DNA of 64,000 nt from Devosia sp. Lineage in GTDB: Bacteria > Pseudomonadota > Alphaproteobacteria > Rhizobiales > Devosiaceae. The position numbers and the translations under genes were made by a program. Position 1 is the first letter of the stretch. Every line of letters begins with the position of its first letter. Under the pieces are notes generated by a model. The model was given only the letters and a program-made list of their open reading frames with translations, did no database searches and was not told where the DNA came from. The stretch covers positions 247,010 through 311,009 of the forward strand of contig CP051235.1 in NCBI GenBank assembly GCA_017794705.1, read 5' to 3'. Shown here piece after piece: positions 41,008-51,103 of this stretch.

Positions 41008-42458
41008 GTGGACAGACAATTCTTCTCGCCGATGACGATGCGGCCATTCGCATGGTGCTCAATCAGGCGCTGACGCGTGCCGGGTACGAGGTGCGACCCA
41101 CCGGCAATCTGTCGACCATGTGGAACTGGGTTTCGCGTGGCGAGGGCGACCTGTTGATATCCGACGTGGCGCTGCCGGATGGCAATGCCTTCGACGTGCT
41201 GCCCAAGATCAAGAAGTTGCGGTCGGATCTGCCGTTCATCGTGATGAGTGCGCAAAATACGTTCATGACGGCGATCCGGGCATCGGAGGCGGGAGCCTAC
41301 GAATATTTGCCCAAACCGTTCGACATCAACGAGGTGCTGGCGATTGCGGCGAGGGCGCTCGCCGAGGCCAGCCGACCAAAGCCGAGCAAAGAAGGCGCGT
41401 CGGACGAACCGAACGAGAAAATGCCCCTGGTGGGCCGTTCCGCGGCCATGCAGGACATTTACCGCTCGCTGGCGCGACTGATGCAGACCGATCTGACGGT
41501 GATGGTGGCGGGCGAGAGTGGGACGGGCAAGGAACTGGTGGCCCGGGCGCTGCACCAGTTCGGCAAGCGCCGCAACGGGCCGTTCGTGGCGATCAACATG
41601 GCGGCAATCCCGCGCGACCTGATCGAAGCGGAACTGTTCGGTCATGAAAAGGGTGCGTTTACGGGAGCAGCGTCACGCTTTTCGGGCCGGTTTGAACAGG
41701 CTGAAGGCGGCACACTGTTTCTCGACGAGATCGGCGACATGCCAATGGATGCGCAAACCCGGTTGCTGCGCGTGCTGCAGGAGGGCGAGTACACGATGGT
41801 GGGCGGCCGCACGCCCATCCGCACCAATGTGCGCATCGTGGCGGCAACGCATCGCGATCTCAGCCAGTTGATCCGGCAGGGCCTGTTCCGAGAGGATCTC
41901 TATTACCGGCTGAACGTGGTGCCGATCCGCTTGCCGCCATTGCGTGAGCGCATGGACGATATTGGTGACCTGGTGACGCATTTCCTGCGCCAGGAGCAGG
42001 TGGAGGGCGAACCGGCGAAATCCATTTCGCCCGAGGCCGTGCAGCTTTTGCAGGCGCACAACTGGCCGGGCAATATCCGCGAGCTTGAAAACTTGGTGCG
42101 ACGCCTGTGTGCACTGCATGCCGAGGAACTGATTACGCCCGAGCTTGTGCAGGCCGAACTCAATATGTCGCAGCAGCCGTCGCAGCCGGGAGGCAATGAC
42201 ACCGTTGATCTCTCGGCAGCGGTCGAGCGGCACATGATGCAGTTGTTGCATGAGCATGAACCGCACCTTCCGCCGCCGGGGCTCTATCAGAATGTTCTCG
42301 ACCAGGTGGAAGGGCCGCTGATTTCGATGGCGCTGAACGCCTGCCGCGGTAACCAGATCCGCGCTGCAGAGCTTTTGGGGGTCAACCGCAACACTTTGCG
42401 CAAGAAAATCCGGCATCATCAGATCGAGATCGTTCGGCAGTCACGCCGGAACGGATAG
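41004..42458 (+). CDS. ntrC: nitrogen regulation response regulator NtrC (sigma-54 activator)
   Basis: It has a receiver domain, an AAA+ domain ([14 protein letters not shown] loop, here GAFTGAA) and a C-terminal Fis-type HTH. Confidence 0.9.
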   Translation: MSGQTILLADDDAAIRMVLNQALTRAGYEVRPTGNLSTMWNWVSRGEGDLLISDVALPDGNAFDVLPKIKKLRSDLPFIVMSAQNTFMTAIRASEAGAYEYLPKPFDINEVLAIAARALAEASRPKPSKEGASDEPNEKMPLVGRSAAMQDIYRSLARLMQTDLTVMVAGESGTGKELVARALHQFGKRRNGPFVAINMAAIPRDLIEAELFGHEKGAFTGAASRFSGRFEQAEGGTLFLDEIGDMPMDAQTRLLRVLQEGEYTMVGGRTPIRTNVRIVAATHRDLSQLIRQGLFREDLYYRLNVVPIRLPPLRERMDDIGDLVTHFLRQEQVEGEPAKSISPEAVQLLQAHNWPGNIRELENLVRRLCALHAEELITPELVQAELNMSQQPSQPGGNDTVDLSAAVERHMMQLLHEHEPHLPPPGLYQNVLDQVEGPLISMALNACRGNQIRAAELLGVNRNTLRKKIRHHQIEIVRQSRRNG

Positions 42459-42689
42459 GGCCACAAGTGCTCTTAGGGAAACTGTGGGCTTCGCCCCCGG
42501 CTTCAGCCCTTCGAGCGTAGCTCTCAGGGCCTGCCTGCGCTTGCGAATGTCCACCGGACATTCCCATCACTTTCAGTGACCGCTTGCCAGTGTCACATTT
42601 CGGCAACAATGACCTTGCACCAAAGGGCGAATTCAGTCAGTTTCCGATACACCCCAGCCAACCAGGACAGTCGCCGACCGGCGCATGAC

Positions 42690-45050
42690 ATGAGCGACAG
42701 TTTGGTTTCAGATTCGGCGCGCGCGCCTTCTTCGGGCAGGACGGAGAAGTTCAATCGGCCGCAGGCTCCCCGCAGCCAGACGATCATTCGTGCGCTGGGC
42801 CTGGTGGTAACGCTTGTGGCGGTTGCCGTGGCCGTTGGCTCTTTCTGGATCATGACCGGGGCGAGCAACATCGAGCCTGATCCCCAGGTATGGACGGCAA
42901 TCTGGATCGCCAACGCGGTACTGATCCTGCTGGTGATTTCGCTCGTGTTGACCGAAGTCGTTGTGCTCATTCAGGCGCGGATGAACAATCAGGCAGGCTC
43001 GCGCCTGCGGGCGCGACTGGTTGCAATGTTTGCTCTTGTGGCGGCGGTGCCGGCGCTGATTGTTGCGGTGTTCGCTGCGGTCACACTCAACCAGGGGCTC
43101 GACCAATGGTTTTCCGAGCGAACCCGGCAGATCGTTGAAAGCTCCCGGCTGATTGCACAATCCTATCTGCAGGAACATGGTCAGGTTTTGCGTGACGACG
43201 TCATTTGGGTGGCGACGGAACTTGAAACCGCTCACGAGACGTTTGCGACCGACCGGGCTCGCTTCCAGCGCATCTTGACGGCGCTCGCGACGACCCGGTC
43301 GCTGCCCTACACATCTCTGGTTTCGGGGGACGGTGATGCGCTGATGCGGGCACAAATCAACGTGCAGGGCGCTCAACCGACCGTGCCGGTGTCACTTCTG
43401 TCTGAGGTTCAGGAAGGCGTGCCGTTCCTTCTGTCACCGGGCGCGACCAATCTTGTCGGTGCCTTGATCAAGCTGCGCGGCTACGAGGACACTTACCTGT
43501 TCACGGCGCGGCCGGTGGATGCAGAAGTACTTGAATATATGAAGCTAACCGATGATAACATAACGGATTATCGGCTTTACGCTTCGAACCGTTTTGTCTT
43601 TCAAATCACGTTTGCGCTGATGTACGCCGGGCTGGCGCTCGTACTTTTGCTGGCGGCTTTGTGGATCGGGATGGCTTTGGCCAACAGGTTCGTCGATCCG
43701 ATACGCAACCTGATGATTGCTTCTAACCGGGTGTCGCAGGGCAAGCTGGATGTGCGTGTTCCCGTACGGGAGCGTGAAGGTGACTTGCGTGACCTCAGCG
43801 TGCGTTTCAACCGAATGGTGGCGCAGCTTCGCAGTCAGCGGCAGGCGCTTCTGGACGCAAACGATAACAACGAGAAACGCCGACAGTTCACCGAGGCAGT
43901 GGTGGAGGGTGTGTCTGCTGGTGTGCTGGGGCTTGACCCCTATGGCACCATCACACTGGCGAACCAAAGGGCTGCGGAAATGATCGGCAGCGATGAACTC
44001 GACCTCATGCATCAGACCATCACCGAGGTCGTGCCGGAACTGACGCCGATCATGGAGCGGGCGCGATCTGCACGGCTGGGGCAGTTCCGCGATCAAATCC
44101 AGTTGGGGCCGGAAACCGACCCGCGCATCTACCAGGTGCAGCTGACGCGGGAAGGGACGATGACAGAGTCAAAGGGTTTCGTTCTGACCCTTGATGACAT
44201 CACGGACCTTATGGCGGCGCAGCGCACCAGCGCCTGGGCGGATGTGGCGCGACGGATCGCCCATGAAATCAAGAACCCTCTGACACCCATCCAGCTTTCT
44301 GCCGAGCGGTTGCGCAAGCGATATGCAAGCCAGCTGGAGGGGGATTTCGACGTTTTCGACAAGTGCGTCGACACGATCATCCGGCAGGTCGGGGACATCG
44401 GGCGCATGGTTGACGAGTTCTCCTCGTTTGCGCGCATGCCGTCGGCCGCACTGGAAAAGGCGGATATTGCTGATGCCATTCGGCAGGCCGTATTCATGGA
44501 AAGCGTCCGGCAGCCGGAGATTGAACTGGTTGCGGAAGTACCCGAGGGCGCGATCTGGGCGATGTTCGATACGCGGTTGATCGCGCAGGCTCTCACTAAC
44601 CTGATCAAGAATAGCGTTGAAGCCATTGAATCCGAAGGTGTCGATGTCATCGACAGCCCAAAGGTCAAGGTGACGGCCACAGTGGAAGGCGAAACGGTCA
44701 GCATTGCGGTAAGCGACAACGGCAAGGGCTGGCCTCAGGAGAACCGGCAAAGGCTGCTCGAGCCCTATATGACGACCCGGGAAAAGGGCACCGGCCTTGG
44801 ATTAGCCATTGTCGCCAAGATTATCGAACAGCACGGCGGCACGGTTGAGCTGCTGGATGCAGAGCCGGACGAGGCGGGCCGGGTCGGGGCGAGTTTCGTT
44901 TTCACGCTGCCTCTGGTCAGCCAGGGAGAGGTTCTGAGGGAAGGGGCCGTAGCCGGGAATGAAACAGTGTCGTCCGTCGACCGCGTATTGGCCGACCCGG
45001 ACTGGCATGAGGACGCAAAGCACGAAACTGAAGAGGCGGCGGCGAAGTAA
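42690..45050 (+). CDS. ntrY: sensor histidine kinase NtrY
   Basis: It has a multi-TM N-terminus, HAMP and PAS domains, an H-box ([19 protein letters not shown]) and an HATPase domain. The start at ATG 42690 is provisional because there is no clear RBS. Confidence 0.8.
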   Translation: MSDSLVSDSARAPSSGRTEKFNRPQAPRSQTIIRALGLVVTLVAVAVAVGSFWIMTGASNIEPDPQVWTAIWIANAVLILLVISLVLTEVVVLIQARMNNQAGSRLRARLVAMFALVAAVPALIVAVFAAVTLNQGLDQWFSERTRQIVESSRLIAQSYLQEHGQVLRDDVIWVATELETAHETFATDRARFQRILTALATTRSLPYTSLVSGDGDALMRAQINVQGAQPTVPVSLLSEVQEGVPFLLSPGATNLVGALIKLRGYEDTYLFTARPVDAEVLEYMKLTDDNITDYRLYASNRFVFQITFALMYAGLALVLLLAALWIGMALANRFVDPIRNLMIASNRVSQGKLDVRVPVREREGDLRDLSVRFNRMVAQLRSQRQALLDANDNNEKRRQFTEAVVEGVSAGVLGLDPYGTITLANQRAAEMIGSDELDLMHQTITEVVPELTPIMERARSARLGQFRDQIQLGPETDPRIYQVQLTREGTMTESKGFVLTLDDITDLMAAQRTSAWADVARRIAHEIKNPLTPIQLSAERLRKRYASQLEGDFDVFDKCVDTIIRQVGDIGRMVDEFSSFARMPSAALEKADIADAIRQAVFMESVRQPEIELVAEVPEGAIWAMFDTRLIAQALTNLIKNSVEAIESEGVDVIDSPKVKVTATVEGETVSIAVSDNGKGWPQENRQRLLEPYMTTREKGTGLGLAIVAKIIEQHGGTVELLDAEPDEAGRVGASFVFTLPLVSQGEVLREGAVAGNETVSSVDRVLADPDWHEDAKHETEEAAAK

Positions 45051-46432
45051 TGGCGCGTGATATTTTGATTGTCGACGATGAGGCGGATATCCGCGAACTC
45101 ATCGCCGGGATACTGGAGGACGAGGGGTTCGAGGCGCGCATGGCGCATGATGCTGATTCGGCTTTGGCCGAAATCACCAGGCGCCGTCCGAGCCTTGTGT
45201 TCCTTGATATCTGGATGCAGGGGTCTCGACTGGACGGGTTGCAGCTGCTGGATGAATTCCAGAGCCATCATCCCGACATGCCGGTGGTGATGATTTCCGG
45301 GCACGGCAATGTGGAGACCGCAGTCTCGGCGATAAAGCGCGGTGCTTACGACTATATCGAAAAGCCGTTCAAGATTGACCGGCTGCTGCTTTTGACGCAG
45401 CGGGCCATGGAACGCAGTCAGCTGCGGGCGCAGGTTGCCGAACTGGAAGTCAAGAGTGCGGACAGTTCGGCGGAACTTGTGGGCGTTTCTCATGATGCTG
45501 CCCAGATTCGCGCGGTCATCGAGCGGTCGGGACCGACCAATTCACGAATATTCATTTCCGGGCCGTCGGGCACCGGCAAGTCCCTGAGTGCGCGGCTGAT
45601 CCACAATCACAGCCTGCGCGCCGGCATGCCATTCGTGGAATTCAACGCCACCTATTATCCGCCCGACGAGGTCATGGCCGCGCTGTTTGGCACGGAGACG
45701 ACTGACGCTTCGGGCAATGTACGCACCAGTATCGGGGCACTTGAGAGTGCGCACGGAGGAACGCTTTATTTAAGTGAAATCACGGCTTTACCGGAAGTTG
45801 CTCAAGCTACCCTTCTGCGCGCGCTTGTGGAAAACAAGTTTCACCGTGTCGGCGGCGAAGGGGCTGTGCCGGTGGATGTGCGGATTGTGTCCTCAAGTGC
45901 CAGAAACCTTCCGGTCCTGATTGAAGAGGGTGAGTTCCGTTCCGATCTGTTCCACAGGTTGAGCGTGGTTCCGCTCGCTCTGACGCCCCTGAAATCGCGC
46001 CGAGAGGATGTGCCGCCATTGGTGGAGACTTTTGTGCTGCAGACATGCCGTGCGCACTCGCTTCCGCCCATCAGCGTCGGGCAGGATGCGATGGCGGTTC
46101 TGCAGGGGCAGGAATGGCCGGGGAATGCCCGTCAATTGCGCAATGCCATTGAGCGACTGCTGATCCTGACGAGGGATGCACCACCCGCTGACGGGATCAT
46201 CACGGCGGCGATGCTTCCGCCTGATATCGGCGAGGTGCTGCCAACTGTCGGAGATGCAGAGGATGCCGCCCACCTGATGAGCCTGCCTCTAAGGGAGGCG
46301 CGTGAAGTGTTTGAACGGCAGTACATTCTGGCGCAGATTGAGCGCTTCGGCGGGAATATTTCAAAGACCGCCCAGTTTGTCGGCATGGAGCGCAGCGCCC
46401 TTCACCGGAAAATCAAGTCGCTCGGCCTTTAG
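45050..46432 (+). CDS. ntrX: response regulator NtrX (sigma-54 activator-like)
   Basis: MARDILIVDDEADIRELI is the receiver domain. It is followed by an AAA+ domain lacking a canonical GAFTGA loop, as is typical of NtrX, and by an HTH. Confidence 0.85.
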   Translation: MARDILIVDDEADIRELIAGILEDEGFEARMAHDADSALAEITRRRPSLVFLDIWMQGSRLDGLQLLDEFQSHHPDMPVVMISGHGNVETAVSAIKRGAYDYIEKPFKIDRLLLLTQRAMERSQLRAQVAELEVKSADSSAELVGVSHDAAQIRAVIERSGPTNSRIFISGPSGTGKSLSARLIHNHSLRAGMPFVEFNATYYPPDEVMAALFGTETTDASGNVRTSIGALESAHGGTLYLSEITALPEVAQATLLRALVENKFHRVGGEGAVPVDVRIVSSSARNLPVLIEEGEFRSDLFHRLSVVPLALTPLKSRREDVPPLVETFVLQTCRAHSLPPISVGQDAMAVLQGQEWPGNARQLRNAIERLLILTRDAPPADGIITAAMLPPDIGEVLPTVGDAEDAAHLMSLPLREAREVFERQYILAQIERFGGNISKTAQFVGMERSALHRKIKSLGL

Positions 46433-46476
46433 TGTTCTGATAGAACGGCCACCGCTCAACGGAGAATAGCCCCGAT

Positions 46477-47853
46477 ATGCGCGTAATCATCAGCGGCGCC
46501 GGCCAGGTCGGCTACGGCATTGCCGAAAGATTGTCGATCGAAGGCAATGAGGTGACCGTGATCGACAGCAATCCCACGCTCGTGCAGCGGATTCGCGACA
46601 CGCTGGATGCGCGGGGCGTGCACGGGCACGGGTCGCATCCGGATGTGCTGGCAACGGCTGGTGCCCGTGACGCGGACATGCTGATTGCTGTCACCCAGGT
46701 CGATGAAGTCAACATGACCGCCTGTCAGGTTGCACATTCGATCTTCAATATTCCTACCCGCATTGCCCGTATTCGCGCTCAATCCTACCTCAGTGCCGAG
46801 TGGCGGAACCTGTTTGCACGCGACCATTTGCCCATCGATGTGATCATCTCGCCCGAGATTGAGGTGGGGGAACTCATCTTGCAGCGGCTGGCCTATCCGG
46901 GCGCCGATGACATCGTCAGTTTTGAAGACGACCAGGTGGTCGTGCTGGTGATCCAGATCAGCGACGACTGTGCGGTGATCGATACGCCGTTGAGGCATCT
47001 GACGGACCTGTTTCCGAATTTGAAGGCGACCGTTCTGGGTGTCCGGCGTGAAGGCAAGGCGGTTGTCATGAGTTCGGACCAGAGCATTCAGTCCGGTGAC
47101 GAGGCCGTGGTTGCGGTAACCCGCGATCAGGTGAGCCGGGTGCTGGGCCTGTTCGGCCGTGACGAGAGCCCTCCGCAGCGGGTTGTGATTGCCGGTGCCG
47201 GCAATGTGGGGCGCTATGTGGCGGACAAGCTTTCCGGCGGCCAGCCGCATGTCACCGTACGGCTGATCGAGAACAACCGCGGCGTCGCGCAGATCGCCGC
47301 TGAATCGATGGTGAACTCGGTGGTGGTGTTCGGCGACGCGCTGCAGGAAGACATATTGCGCGAAGTGGATGTGGCGCAGGCCGACATGTTCCTGGGGCTC
47401 ACGAATGACGACGAGACCAACATTCTGGCGTCGGTGCTGGCGAACGAACTGGGTTGCCCGGCCAATTTTGCGCTCGTGAACCAGTCGCAATATCCAAGGT
47501 TTGCGCGGCGACTTGGGGTTGACGCTTTCATCAATCCGCGCGCGATCACGGTCTCGAAAATCCTGCGCCACGTGCGGCGAGGGCGGATTCGTGGTGTCTA
47601 TTCGCTGTTTGACGGAAGCTCGGAGCTTGTGGAGGCCGAGGCACTTGAAACCTCGACGCTGGTCGGCAAGCCGCTTCGTGAAGTCCCGTTCGGGGAGGGG
47701 GTGCGTGTCGGCGCCGTGATCAGGGGTAGCGAGGTGATCATGCCGACCGGACAAACGCGGGTGGAGGCGGGTGATCTGGTCATCGTATTCGCTTTGGCCG
47801 AAAAGGTCCGCCAGGTCGAGCAAATGTTCCGGGTCAGCATTGACTTCTTCTAG
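46477..47853 (+). CDS. trkA: Trk system potassium uptake protein TrkA
   Basis: MRVIISGAGQVGYGIAERL and a second VVIAGAGNVGRYVA give tandem RCK/KTN NAD-binding domains. Confidence 0.85.
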   Translation: MRVIISGAGQVGYGIAERLSIEGNEVTVIDSNPTLVQRIRDTLDARGVHGHGSHPDVLATAGARDADMLIAVTQVDEVNMTACQVAHSIFNIPTRIARIRAQSYLSAEWRNLFARDHLPIDVIISPEIEVGELILQRLAYPGADDIVSFEDDQVVVLVIQISDDCAVIDTPLRHLTDLFPNLKATVLGVRREGKAVVMSSDQSIQSGDEAVVAVTRDQVSRVLGLFGRDESPPQRVVIAGAGNVGRYVADKLSGGQPHVTVRLIENNRGVAQIAAESMVNSVVVFGDALQEDILREVDVAQADMFLGLTNDDETNILASVLANELGCPANFALVNQSQYPRFARRLGVDAFINPRAITVSKILRHVRRGRIRGVYSLFDGSSELVEAEALETSTLVGKPLREVPFGEGVRVGAVIRGSEVIMPTGQTRVEAGDLVIVFALAEKVRQVEQMFRVSIDFF

Positions 47854-47871
47854 AGCAGCAGGGTCCGGGAC

Positions 47872-49314
47872 ATGAAGTGGAGCGGGCAGGCCGCGCTGAT
47901 GTCCGCCGTGTTGCTGGTCTTTTGCGGCGCAACGCTTTCGGGCCTGTTGGCTGGACTTGCGTCCAATGACTGGGCGGCCGTTGAGGCTTTCGGGCTGCTG
48001 AGCGTTGCCTACGGACTGGTTGCGGGACTGACGCTGATCACCGTGGGCGGGAAGGCGGTACGGCTCAACCGCGAACAGGTGTTCTCAGGCGCCATTCTGT
48101 TGTGGTGCACGCTGATCGTGGCAGCGATGCCCGCCTTCATGCTGATTGAGCGGCATTCGCTTCTGGTGGCGTTTTTCGAGGCTTCGTCCGCAGCCGTAAC
48201 CCTGGGATCCAGCCTCGTGCCGACGCAACAGATGTCGGCCGCCATGATCGCCTATCGCAGCGTAACGGCGTGGTTGGGCGGGCTGTTGACCATCATGTTG
48301 GCCATATATGTTTTGGGCCGCTACGCGGTGGGTGGTACGCCGAACCGCGACCTGCGTTTTGTGCTGCACGGATTCAGCCGCGGCGATCCCCGGCTGAGCC
48401 AGACATTTCTGGAAGTGTTCGTGCCGTACATGGCCCTGACGCTGATTTGTACCGCTGCACTGGCGCTTGCCCGGGTTGAGCCGGAACGCGCGCTGATGCT
48501 GGCGTTCAACCTGATCGCCACCAATGGGCTGTCGCCACAGCCCACCGGCGGTTCGGTGCTGAACAACCAGTTCGCGGAAGGGGTCATGCTGGTGTTCATG
48601 GTGGCCGGGGCGACGAGCATCATCCTGATGCGGGCCCTGATCGGCCGCCGGTTGCGGCAGATGCAGGATGGCGGCGAGGCTGCTGGTTTCCTCATGGCCG
48701 CCTTGATGGTCGCTGTGCTGGCTATCGCAGCGCCGCTTTTCATCGAGGGTGGGGAGGACACACTCTGGTCCGGGCTCTTCAACCGCGTATTTGATGCCAT
48801 CTCGACCATGACCACGACAGGCATGGTGCATAATCCGACCACAGGATACGGCCTGCCTGTGGAGATGCTGATCGGATTGGCGCTGATTGGCGGCGGCGCC
48901 TATTCCACGGCGGGCGGCATCAAGATGTTTCGATTGATGGCCATGGTCCAGCATTCGATGAATGAGGTGAAGCGTCTGGTTTTTCCAGACCAGGTACTTC
49001 CCAATTCCGTCGATTCCGACGACGGGCAGTTTGCGACCGCAAAGGCCATCTGGAGCGCGTTTTTCGCCGGGCTGATGATGGTTGTCGTGTTCATGGTGCT
49101 GTTTTCAATTTCCGGACATGAATTCATCGACAGTATGGCACTGTCGGTTGGCGCGTTTGCAAACACGGGAAACCTGGTTTCAGGGCATCTTCTTGTTGAA
49201 GAGATTGGTGGAATACCCGGTTCGACACTTGTGCTGGTCAGCCTCGCCGGCATTGCCGGGCGGGTTGAGATACTCGTCATTCTGGCCGCCTTCGGGCGCA
49301 GCCGCTGGGCCTAA
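47872..49314 (+). CDS. trkH: Trk-type potassium transporter membrane subunit (TrkH family)
   Basis: 480 aa polytopic membrane protein with TrkH-like P-loop segments (TTTG, GGIKMFR). It is adjacent to trkA. Confidence 0.7.
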   Translation: MKWSGQAALMSAVLLVFCGATLSGLLAGLASNDWAAVEAFGLLSVAYGLVAGLTLITVGGKAVRLNREQVFSGAILLWCTLIVAAMPAFMLIERHSLLVAFFEASSAAVTLGSSLVPTQQMSAAMIAYRSVTAWLGGLLTIMLAIYVLGRYAVGGTPNRDLRFVLHGFSRGDPRLSQTFLEVFVPYMALTLICTAALALARVEPERALMLAFNLIATNGLSPQPTGGSVLNNQFAEGVMLVFMVAGATSIILMRALIGRRLRQMQDGGEAAGFLMAALMVAVLAIAAPLFIEGGEDTLWSGLFNRVFDAISTMTTTGMVHNPTTGYGLPVEMLIGLALIGGGAYSTAGGIKMFRLMAMVQHSMNEVKRLVFPDQVLPNSVDSDDGQFATAKAIWSAFFAGLMMVVVFMVLFSISGHEFIDSMALSVGAFANTGNLVSGHLLVEEIGGIPGSTLVLVSLAGIAGRVEILVILAAFGRSRWA

Positions 49315-49476
49315 CGCACCGAACCGTATAGGCAATTCGGTTCGTGTGTGCCATACTAGGCGAGTTGGAATATATACTTTTTTTGGATGAGACATGCGGC
49401 GATGTTCTCATCACTGGCTTAATTTGTGTTCTGGTATCCGGTGATGACACCCGTCGTATCAAGAGGGGACGTTTAA

Positions 49477-49728
49477 ATGCCCAATGAGAAGGCACAAAAC
49501 CTGCAAGATGCTTTTCTGAACCACGTCAGGAAAAACAAGGTCCCGCTGACCATATTCCTGGTCAACGGCGTCAAACTTCAGGGTGTGGTGACCTGGTTTG
49601 ACAATTTCTGTCTGTTGCTGCGGCGCGACTCGCAATCGCAACTGGTCTACAAGCACGCCATATCGACGATCATGCCGGGCGCGCCCATCCAGCTGTTTGA
49701 TCCCGACCCAGGAGGGGATGACGACTAA
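49477..49728 (+). CDS. hfq: RNA chaperone Hfq
   Basis: [59 protein letters not shown] contains the Sm1 and Sm2 motifs. Confidence 0.95.
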   Translation: MPNEKAQNLQDAFLNHVRKNKVPLTIFLVNGVKLQGVVTWFDNFCLLLRRDSQSQLVYKHAISTIMPGAPIQLFDPDPGGDDD

Positions 49729-51103
49729 GCGCAAAAAAGAGGACAAAAGTCCCGAAACTGAGGGTGTCGAATTCGCCCGCGGTCCAAATGCGTTCATTGA
49801 ACGGCGCCGCAAGGCCACGCGCACGGCGCTGGTTTGTCCGGAAGTGAAAAGCCGACAGGACCGCACCTCGTCGATCGAGGCGCGGCAGGCGGAGTTTGCA
49901 TCGCTGGCGCATGCGATTCACCTCGACGTGGTGGCGGACGAGCTGGTTCCAGTACGCGAGATCAAGCCGGCCACCTACATCGGCGGCGGGCAGGTTGAAG
50001 CGCTCGCCCAGATGATTGAGGAGCGGGACGTCGAACTGGTGCTTGTTGACGCGTCGCTGACGCCGATTCAGCAGCGCAACCTGGAACGCGGTCTGGGGGC
50101 CAAAGTACTCGACCGCACGGCACTCATCCTGGAGATTTTCGGCGAGCGGGCGGCGACGCGGGAAGGCGTGCTGCAGGTTGAATTGGCGCATTTGAATTAT
50201 CAGCGCAGCCGTCTGGTTCGATCCTGGACGCACCTTGAACGGCAGCGCGGTGGATTTGGTTTCATCGGCGGCCCGGGGGAGACCCAGATCGAGGCGGACA
50301 GGCGCCAGTTGCGCGAACGTATTGCATTGCTTGAAAGGCGTATCGACAAGGTGCGCCGCACCCGAGAACAGCAGCGAAAACCTCGAAACGCGGTGCCGTA
50401 TCCGCTGGTCGCGCTCGTCGGTTACACCAACGCCGGCAAGTCGACGCTGTTCAACCGGATGACCGGAGCGCAGGTGATGGCCAAGGATTTGCTCTTCGCC
50501 ACGCTGGACACTTCTGTGCGGAAGGTTGAATTGCCGCATGGAAAGGAAGTGATCCTCTCGGACACGGTGGGGTTCATCGCAGATTTGCCGACCGATCTGG
50601 TTGCGGCGTTCCGCGCCACGCTTGAGGAAGTGGTGACCGCGGACCTGATTCTGCATGTCAGGGACGTATCCAATCCGGACCACGAGGCCCAGGCGTCTGA
50701 AGTCAAACTGGTGCTTGATGAGCTTGGAGTGAGTTCGGAGACGACACCCATTATTGAGGTGTGGAACAAGGTCGATTTGCTCGCCGATGGAGTTGACGGC
50801 GTCATGGCGATGCCGGGTGCCCGGAGCGGCGTGGGCGTTTCCGCGGTCACAGGTGCCGGCCTGCCGGAACTGGCGCACGAGATCGAGATGGCGCTCGCCG
50901 AGAACAGCCGGGAATATGAACTCATCGTGCCACATGAAGACGGTGAGGGCGCGGGATGGCTTCACAGGAATACTGAGGTTCTTCAGCGGGTTGAAGGCGA
51001 AAGTGGAACCACATTCCGCATTCGTGTGGAGCCGCGATTCAAGTCAGGATTTCTGGAACGGTTCTCCGGACGGATCGTCGCCGGGGAGAATATCGCGGCC
51101 TGA
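49718..51103 (+). CDS. hflX: GTPase HflX
   Basis: [40 protein letters not shown] are HflX motifs. The ATG at 49718 lies inside the last hfq codons, and the GGAGGGG RBS lies within hfq. Confidence 0.9.
   Translation: MTTKRKKEDKSPETEGVEFARGPNAFIERRRKATRTALVCPEVKSRQDRTSSIEARQAEFASLAHAIHLDVVADELVPVREIKPATYIGGGQVEALAQMIEERDVELVLVDASLTPIQQRNLERGLGAKVLDRTALILEIFGERAATREGVLQVELAHLNYQRSRLVRSWTHLERQRGGFGFIGGPGETQIEADRRQLRERIALLERRIDKVRRTREQQRKPRNAVPYPLVALVGYTNAGKSTLFNRMTGAQVMAKDLLFATLDTSVRKVELPHGKEVILSDTVGFIADLPTDLVAAFRATLEEVVTADLILHVRDVSNPDHEAQASEVKLVLDELGVSSETTPIIEVWNKVDLLADGVDGVMAMPGARSGVGVSAVTGAGLPELAHEIEMALAENSREYELIVPHEDGEGAGWLHRNTEVLQRVEGESGTTFRIRVEPRFKSGFLERFSGRIVAGENIAA

Noticed and set aside
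42459-42689. Possible tRNA or known sRNA, or a sigma-54 promoter, in the ntrC-ntrY spacer
   Set aside because: There is no T-loop (GGTTCGAATCC-like) or cloverleaf. The GG..GC spacing around TTGCA at 42615 does not fit -24/-12. It is kept only as an unexplained spacer in the findings.
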